Positions 57,821-64,000 of a stretch of 64,000 bases of DNA are shown in pieces; the stretch's first letter is position 1, and the number at the start of each line of letters is the position of its first letter. A program made the translations under genes and the position numbers. Under the pieces are notes generated by a model. That model was not told the DNA's origin, searched no databases, and saw nothing but the letters and a program-made list of their open reading frames with translations. Location of the stretch: IMG/VR virus record IMGVR_UViG_3300037725_000018, positions 1 to 64,000 of that record; one strand, 5' to 3'.

Positions 57821-58723
57821 CTATGTGTCAAACCGAACAACAATCGTGAACGGACTGTTTTTTGGCTTTTGCACAGGTTGAGACAGTTTCCCAACCGCAA
57901 TCAAATTCAAAAAGTCGTCATAAAGCCCAACAGTTGTGATAAAAGGTTGGAAGTCCTCGCTTTCAAAATAATCAATGAACCCGCCTTCTCCATCTCGAAC
58001 TGACGGGTTGCTTACCCCGTTGAATTCGTGTTGCTCGATTACGCACCGGACTTCGTGCTCGTAAAGGTCAACGGTGTTGTCAAACTCAAAAGTAAATTCT
58101 TTGAAGCTTTGAAAGTCAAACTGGTCTGCCGAAAAATCAGCGTAGTGTGGAAAGAACGTATAAACATCTGACTCGTTTGTGTTTGCTGTCCTTCGGGTGA
58201 ACACAATTGTTCCGTTTGCGTAAAAGACGTTTCCAACTTGAACGCCGTTTTCGGCAAACAGATTTCCGTTCCCGTCGTCTACAACTACGAAGTTTCCTTC
58301 AAGAAGGCTCGTCGAACCGGGGCCTCCTTCAAACGTAAACTTGACAGACCCCGGAACGATTTTTCTTCCATACTCGTTTGGAGAAACTTTCACGACCCAA
58401 ATCCGGTCTTGGCCTTCACCAAACGTTGAAAGGTCCACTTCCGAATAGTTTTCGATCCCGTGTTTATCGTACGGGTCTTTTTGTTTGTAATAGAAATGGT
58501 TGATCAGGTCAAAAACGTGCTTTTTGTACGTCCCGTTTGGATTTATATTTGACGGGTTTTCATAATAGGACTGAAGGGTTGGTCTTTGCGCTCGAACCCC
58601 CTCAACAAAGTCAATTTCCGGAGAAAGCTCCGGTGTGGAGCGATTAAAATCGACCGTAATCGTTTTACTTACCGTGTAAGGGGTTACGCTATAGTCGTCC
58701 GGTCTTAGGTTCTTAAAAGCCAT
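57821..58723 (-). CDS. Baseplate/tail protein
   Basis: C-terminal FITTVGLYDD..NLIAVGKLSQPVQK. Confidence 0.65.
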   Translation of the reverse strand: MAFKNLRPDDYSVTPYTVSKTITVDFNRSTPELSPEIDFVEGVRAQRPTLQSYYENPSNINPNGTYKKHVFDLINHFYYKQKDPYDKHGIENYSEVDLSTFGEGQDRIWVVKVSPNEYGRKIVPGSVKFTFEGGPGSTSLLEGNFVVVDDGNGNLFAENGVQVGNVFYANGTIVFTRRTANTNESDVYTFFPHYADFSADQFDFQSFKEFTFEFDNTVDLYEHEVRCVIEQHEFNGVSNPSVRDGEGGFIDYFESEDFQPFITTVGLYDDFLNLIAVGKLSQPVQKPKNSPFTIVVRFDT

Positions 58724-58834
58724 TATAAACGTTTGTGAAGCTTTTTATGAGTGAAATGGATTATATCAACTCTTTTTACAACTATCTTACAACATCATTG
58801 CCAAGAGAATCCACTTAATCATGAAGAGAACTAA

Positions 58835-60355
58835 TCAATAATCGAGCTTTATCTTTATAAGCTGCTCGGATTGAAAGTCTTTTTGAACTGGATTTGAAAG
58901 CTTTGCGGTTGCAACCAAGTTGTTATCGTCGTCGTAAAGACCAACGGTCGTAATAAACGTCTTTGGGTCCCCTTCGAACTCTTCAATTGCCAAGGTCCCG
59001 TCTTCATTTGTGAACGTCGGGTTATTCGAGAAGTTAAAGTCTGTGTTTCGGACCCGGACAAAGTAGTTTGTGGAAACAATTTCCTCGGCAGACCTTCCGA
59101 CAAAGTATCCCCCGTTTTTCATGACGTTAAACAGCTTCTCTTGGTTTTTATAGTTATCGTCTTTATCCGTCTCCGGTCGAATACTGTCAACAATAACGTC
59201 TATTAATTGAAGATCAGAAGGGCTAGCTCCGCTAACGTCGCTCGGTCCCGTAATGATGTTGTAATTTGTGGAGTCGTCGCTAAATGTGACAAGATTTGTA
59301 AAGCCTTCATATTGGCCTGTAGACGAGTTAAAGTTTCTGTCCGGGCCTTGCCCTCCAAACACAGCCGCGTGGCGTTGAAGCATGTTCGGGTCAAGCACGA
59401 TGATTCCAAGGTCCGGGTAAAACTCCCCATACGGCTTTGCGGGAAGATACTCAGAAAGTTCGGCGTAGTCTTCTGGTTGGATTACATCTGGATTCGAAGT
59501 TACAGGATTATCCAGATTCAAAGATCCTTGATAGACTTCGTATCTGTTCCCAATGTTCCCGGCATTTAGCTGTTGGTTGTTGAAGTCTGTGTCTGCGGTT
59601 TCGTCAACAAGGGTAAGAACAGAATACTCCGAATTGTTTGCAAAGTCTGGATACGTTCCATTTTGTTCTGGCCCGTCAAATCCAGAGGGGGTCCCGGCAG
59701 AAAAAAGAAGTCGAAGTTCCCAATTTCCCGGATCAACTTTTTGTTTATACTGTGCTCTTGCTATGTTAATAACGTAAAGGTCTTCACTTTTTGTGAAATC
59801 AACCTTTCCGGGTCCTCCATTGTCAATCTCCCCGCCTTCTGAATCAAAAAAGCTATCCCTTGTTTCATTTACGTCAAACAAAACGTTTTTGTGTTGTGCG
59901 TATACGCCTGCAGTAGATTCTAAGGCTTCAACGTTTCCAGTGTCAATTTCTTCGCTTCCACCGCCGTCTTCGTTTCCGTATGCTACGGCAAACTGGATTC
60001 GCGCTGCTTCAAGGTCAATGTTCGGGTCTTTATCGTAAACTTCAAAGAAGTATTTTCCGTTTTCGGAATCTTTTTGGCCTTGAAGCGTAAACATCGAGTC
60101 ATAACCAAGACGACCGACACCCTCGGACCAAAGACCTTGAGTTACGATTTGCCTTCGATTCCGAACAATGTCGTTCCGGTCAAATCGCTGGAAGAAACTC
60201 GTTACGCTTTCTTCAACGTCAAGTGTAGAACGGCGAACAAAGTCGTCTTCACCGTTTTCTGAATTTAGAAGCGCAACGATTTCTTCCTCGGTCAGATCCT
60301 CTTCATTTTGAATCTGTTGTAAAAGTTGCGCCCTCAAATCTTCTGACAGAGCCAT
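58835..60355 (-). CDS. Baseplate/tail protein (C-terminal paralogue of 57821..58723)
   Basis: C-terminal FITTVGLYDDDNNLVATAKLSNPVQK. Confidence 0.65.
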   Translation of the reverse strand: MALSEDLRAQLLQQIQNEEDLTEEEIVALLNSENGEDDFVRRSTLDVEESVTSFFQRFDRNDIVRNRRQIVTQGLWSEGVGRLGYDSMFTLQGQKDSENGKYFFEVYDKDPNIDLEAARIQFAVAYGNEDGGGSEEIDTGNVEALESTAGVYAQHKNVLFDVNETRDSFFDSEGGEIDNGGPGKVDFTKSEDLYVINIARAQYKQKVDPGNWELRLLFSAGTPSGFDGPEQNGTYPDFANNSEYSVLTLVDETADTDFNNQQLNAGNIGNRYEVYQGSLNLDNPVTSNPDVIQPEDYAELSEYLPAKPYGEFYPDLGIIVLDPNMLQRHAAVFGGQGPDRNFNSSTGQYEGFTNLVTFSDDSTNYNIITGPSDVSGASPSDLQLIDVIVDSIRPETDKDDNYKNQEKLFNVMKNGGYFVGRSAEEIVSTNYFVRVRNTDFNFSNNPTFTNEDGTLAIEEFEGDPKTFITTVGLYDDDNNLVATAKLSNPVQKDFQSEQLIKIKLDY

Positions 60356-60426
60356 TTTACGTGTTTTTATCTATTGATGTGTGCTTATAACTTAATTTAA
60401 GTAGTATGTTTTAACGAATGTTTGCT

Positions 60427-61062
60427 TTACTCGTCCGGGCCTTCAACGGTGACTTCAACTGTAGCGGAGCCACCTGTTTCATTTCCAATAATCGTAATCG
60501 TTGTAGAGCGAGATCGTCCCGGCCTAACTGTTTGTGCGGTAATCAAAAACTTCCGGCCAACAGCCGTTTGAGTTCGAAGGTCGTCGTTATCGGAAAGAAA
60601 GTTTGGAACTGTTCCGGTGTTTGTGGACACTTGACCTCCTGCAGCTACTCCAATTGTCACAACGCTGTTATCTTGAACAACAGCCGTGTATCCAAGCGTG
60701 TCGTTCGAGCCGTTTCTCGTGAACGGAACAATTTCGTCTTGTTGTCCCGGTTGCAAAGTAGAGCTTTCACTTGGAACCGAAACAATTGGAACGCGAACGG
60801 TGCCTCTAGGAAGTGTAATAAGTTTGTACCGAAGCGATTGGCTTTCCTCGGTGAACGCTTCAAACATCGGAATGTTTGAAATAACGTTTCCGGAAAATTC
60901 GCTTCCTGCAGGGTGTGAACTTTCCCACAAGCTATAGTCTACTTCGTCGTCTGAAAGCGCAAACTTTGTAATTCCAAGGCTTTCCCCATTGGCAAGCTTT
61001 TCTCTTCCTCTGGAAGTTAAAACCGCCTCTACAGTTACCTCTTCTGAATTTAAGTATCCCAT
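60427..61062 (-). CDS. Baseplate/tail protein
   Basis: N-terminal VLTSRGREKLANG...ITKFALSD; promoter-like motif at 61105-61115. Confidence 0.65.
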   Translation of the reverse strand: MGYLNSEEVTVEAVLTSRGREKLANGESLGITKFALSDDEVDYSLWESSHPAGSEFSGNVISNIPMFEAFTEESQSLRYKLITLPRGTVRVPIVSVPSESSTLQPGQQDEIVPFTRNGSNDTLGYTAVVQDNSVVTIGVAAGGQVSTNTGTVPNFLSDNDDLRTQTAVGRKFLITAQTVRPGRSRSTTITIIGNETGGSATVEVTVEGPDE

Positions 61063-61126
61063 ATTTTATTAAGTTTAAAGTGCTTTAAGTAATTTCTTCT
61101 TCATTTAATATATAGTGAACCGAAAT

Positions 61127-64000
61127 CTATTCAACGTCAAGAACCGGACCTTCACCACTTTCTCTATCGCTCGGTGAAACAATAAGCCTGTCACTTGTCG
61201 TCTCGGTAACTTCAACCGCTGGCCCGTCAACATCGGTATTCCACTTGACGCCTTCATATTTCATTCTTTTCGTAGACGTTCGGAACTCTCGGTTGAATAT
61301 GTAGTGTCTATAAAGTTTATACGGGCGAACCGGAGGCTGAATTTCCCCAAACGGAGTTTGAACAAGATTTTGCTGGTTTACGGTGCTGTAAATAGCCGAT
61401 CCGTACGTGGATCTCTGGTCCCCGTAAGCAAACCCAAATCCAAACACTTGAAAATAATTCAAATGTGAATACTCGAACGGATTTGTAATCGGGTTGATAA
61501 ATTGAATTGTCTGTTTGAACGGGACTCTACGGAATCTCTTTAAAGACTTCCAGTTTCTGTATCCCGGAAGGTCTGCGATAACGTCGTCAAAACCGTCGAT
61601 GATTAAGTTAAAAAGGCTGTATGAAGTTTCAAAACTTGGGATTTCGCTATTTGGAAATATTTCAACTGTTGTTGAGTCTACGGTCGAGTACGTCCCGAAT
61701 AAACTTCCATTTCTAAGAACGTCTCCGTTATTTTCAATTCGAAGCGTTACGTTGTCTTCTGGTGGAATCTCCCAAAATTCGTCTTCGGTATAAAGGCTTT
61801 CATCTTGTCTAGTTCTCCCCTTTGTCGAGTCAAGAAGCGTTCCGGCAAATCGGTAGTCTCTTTGAGATTTCTTTAAAACTCGACCGCTTGTTCCTTTTGT
61901 GTAGGTCGGGTAAAACCCTGTGGCCTCGATTTCTTCGACCACGTTTGCAAACGTTTCTTCTGTTAAGTAGTTAGAATCCGGAAGAGCAACGTCGTCTGTA
62001 ACGTTTATGTCTGTTTCTTTTTGAAGGTCTTCTTTTTCAATGCCTGTGTTCTTTGCCCGATATCTTTCTAAAAAGTGTGGTTCGAGAAGTGAGCCGTATG
62101 TTAAGCTGCTTCTAGCGGGAATGATGTTTTGAAGCTGCTTAAAGAACGCTCGGTTAAACTGGTCAATGTAACGAAAATACGTGTTCCAGTCAATATCGTC
62201 CGGGTACTTCTCCCAATATTTTTTGTTTAGAGATTCAAGTTCTTTGTATCTTTCGCGCCGAAGATTTTCCGGGTCTGCAAGAAGATCGTTTAGATCGTCG
62301 TATCCAACCAAAGCGTTTATGTCTCTGTTGACCGCTTCATTTGGAGAGAAGTAGACTCCAATCTTGTTGCTGTCCTTTCTGTTTAGGTCAAACTCTCCAC
62401 GCTCTCTTTTCTCTGTTGGGCTAAGAGATCCAAGAAGGTTAGACTCTTCGATTCGAACCTTCGTTGAAGAGTTTGATAGGCTCCCAATCTTTAAAGGCGT
62501 TACGTAGTTTAACCTGTTGTAGTTAACGAAGTCTTCACTTATGTCAATGTAGCCGTTTTCGGTGATTGTTCCAAGGTACGGGTTCGTTTGATTTGGGCTT
62601 TCATTTTGAAGATCGTTTTCAGAAAAGTCTAAGTTCACGTAAAGAAAGCGGTTTAAACCAACGCTAAGGTCTTTTCTTTCCGGCCCAAGAATAGACTCTT
62701 TGTTATCGTAGTCGTACTTGTATGGGGCCAACACGTGCTCTTTGAACTTCGATTCGTTCAACTGCCGCCTCCATATCTTCACGTTATCTACCTCTCCACG
62801 GAAAGACTCTCCAACAAAAAGCACGTCTCCGGAAGAAAGGTCAAAACTTGGGTCAAACGTAAAGTCTTCGAAGTACCAAGTTACGCCCTCGGAAGCTGTT
62901 TTCGGGTCGTCAAACTCGTATGGCCCAAGTTCCCCAACCTTTCCAAGTCTTAAAGAAATAAAGTCTTCATCCGGGTTGTAATTAACGTTTAGAGAGTTGA
63001 AGTTTCCATCAAAAATGGGAACCTTGTCTACCCCTGTCCCCACAGAAAGAGTATCCCCACCAATGTTCATCTCGACGTAGCCAAACTCTTCTTTAACAGC
63101 CGGGGATGAAAACTTCTTTAAGTCTACGGTAAGAACGTCTCCACCTCCAGATTCAAGACGCAAAATTCGAAGATCCGAAGACCCTTTGTACTCTGTCCGG
63201 AAGCGAGCCTCGATGCTTTGAACTTTGTCGTCGGGGAACGTCCAATCGATTTCTACGTTTTGACTCCCCATAAATTCCAAAGCCGAAGTTTCGTCTTCGT
63301 ACTCGAAAAACCCCGGATCTGCCTCGGAACTTCCACCCCCATACTCTCGGATTGTAAGGCCGATCTTTGGAACCCCATACATCGAAAGAAGAGCTTGAAC
63401 AGACCTCCGTGTTCCCTTTGTTTTTCCAATGTACGGAACGTTATTTAGAACGCGCCTCCAAATTTGTTTTTGAACGTCTTCTGCCTCGTTTTCTCCACCA
63501 AGAAGAACTTTTTGAAGGTCTTGTTCGCTAAATCCGTTGTAAACTTCAAACCCGAAGCTGTTTGTGATAAACTGCGTCAAGTCTTTAGAAAGACTTTCTA
63601 CTTCATCTATGTCTTCGGAACGGTCTTTGATGTACTGGACATGTTTGATGTATGTGTAGATAATATCAAAGTAGTGGCCGATCATTGAAATGAAAAGCTC
63701 AAAGTTTTCATTTCTCTGGTCGGTCTTGATGTACTCCGGAAGGTTTGTTTGAAGGCTTGAATCGTTATTTCTGTCGTATAGGTCAGCCTCTTTTTTATAC
63801 TCTTCAAGGAAGTTTTGAACGGCTGTGTCACTTGTTGGAAGAAGGTCCCCATTTCCATCCCGGATCTCTTCAGACTCGAAAAGAAACGTTTCAAATCCGT
63901 CTAAGCCTTCAATAAGTGTTGATTTTCGGTCTTGAAGCCGTTGAAGTTTGTTTTGCTCGATAGGGTTGCTTGGGTTGGCTACAGACCCGGAAAAAACCAA
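61127..64000 (-). CDS. Large baseplate wedge-like protein (5' end outside the window)
   Basis: KTKGTRRSVQALL (P2 gpI/T4 gp7-like motif) and a LamG-like FRGEVDNVKIW segment. Confidence 0.6.
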   Translation of the reverse strand: MVFSGSVANPSNPIEQNKLQRLQDRKSTLIEGLDGFETFLFESEEIRDGNGDLLPTSDTAVQNFLEEYKKEADLYDRNNDSSLQTNLPEYIKTDQRNENFELFISMIGHYFDIIYTYIKHVQYIKDRSEDIDEVESLSKDLTQFITNSFGFEVYNGFSEQDLQKVLLGGENEAEDVQKQIWRRVLNNVPYIGKTKGTRRSVQALLSMYGVPKIGLTIREYGGGSSEADPGFFEYEDETSALEFMGSQNVEIDWTFPDDKVQSIEARFRTEYKGSSDLRILRLESGGGDVLTVDLKKFSSPAVKEEFGYVEMNIGGDTLSVGTGVDKVPIFDGNFNSLNVNYNPDEDFISLRLGKVGELGPYEFDDPKTASEGVTWYFEDFTFDPSFDLSSGDVLFVGESFRGEVDNVKIWRRQLNESKFKEHVLAPYKYDYDNKESILGPERKDLSVGLNRFLYVNLDFSENDLQNESPNQTNPYLGTITENGYIDISEDFVNYNRLNYVTPLKIGSLSNSSTKVRIEESNLLGSLSPTEKRERGEFDLNRKDSNKIGVYFSPNEAVNRDINALVGYDDLNDLLADPENLRRERYKELESLNKKYWEKYPDDIDWNTYFRYIDQFNRAFFKQLQNIIPARSSLTYGSLLEPHFLERYRAKNTGIEKEDLQKETDINVTDDVALPDSNYLTEETFANVVEEIEATGFYPTYTKGTSGRVLKKSQRDYRFAGTLLDSTKGRTRQDESLYTEDEFWEIPPEDNVTLRIENNGDVLRNGSLFGTYSTVDSTTVEIFPNSEIPSFETSYSLFNLIIDGFDDVIADLPGYRNWKSLKRFRRVPFKQTIQFINPITNPFEYSHLNYFQVFGFGFAYGDQRSTYGSAIYSTVNQQNLVQTPFGEIQPPVRPYKLYRHYIFNREFRTSTKRMKYEGVKWNTDVDGPAVEVTETTSDRLIVSPSDRESGEGPVLDVE

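Noticed and set aside
957-63894. Numerous 60-190 aa ORFs antisense to or overlapping the long genes
   Set aside because: They have no recognisable motifs, their composition is typical of reverse-frame shadows, and most lie fully within well-supported genes.
1-64000. tRNA genes, CRISPR arrays, rRNA
   Set aside because: No cloverleaf with a T-loop GTTCRA in an intergenic gap and no regularly spaced repeats were seen by eye; a tRNAscan-SE/CRT run would be decisive.

Overview
A 64-kb segment of a large T4-like myovirus (code 11). Its host is probably a halotolerant or halophilic Bacteroidota/Rhodothermota-type bacterium: many structural proteins are acidic, start codons mostly lack Shine-Dalgarno sequences, and the phage encodes bS21. 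The minus strand carries late genes: tail sheath, gp15/gp14/gp13-like neck, MCP, scaffold, prohead protease, portal, large terminase, putative lysis genes and tail/baseplate genes. An Mre11-Rad50 fusion, primase and RuvC-like resolvase are embedded among them. A plus-strand accessory block (9275-23985) carries SNF2 and UvrD helicases, a HhH glycosylase, an HslV-like protease and many small ORFs. Four results stand out. (1) A GIY-YIG endonuclease cassette sits in motif VI of the UvrD helicase. It supplies a synonymously recoded copy of the last 14 helicase codons plus a 17-bp hairpin. The displaced second tail, a covarying second hairpin and the stub of an older related endonuclease lie directly downstream. 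(2) About 20 late proteins share two classes of N-terminal leader ending in L/I-x-E, probably capsid-targeting signals cleaved by the prohead protease. Several of them carry putative ADP-ribosyltransferase, zincin, RNase and ParB/nucleotidyltransferase cargo. (3) A candidate late promoter, CTATATATAA, recurs upstream of late genes. (4) rpsU lies inside the head module. All family assignments come from manual motif recognition; no database searches were run.
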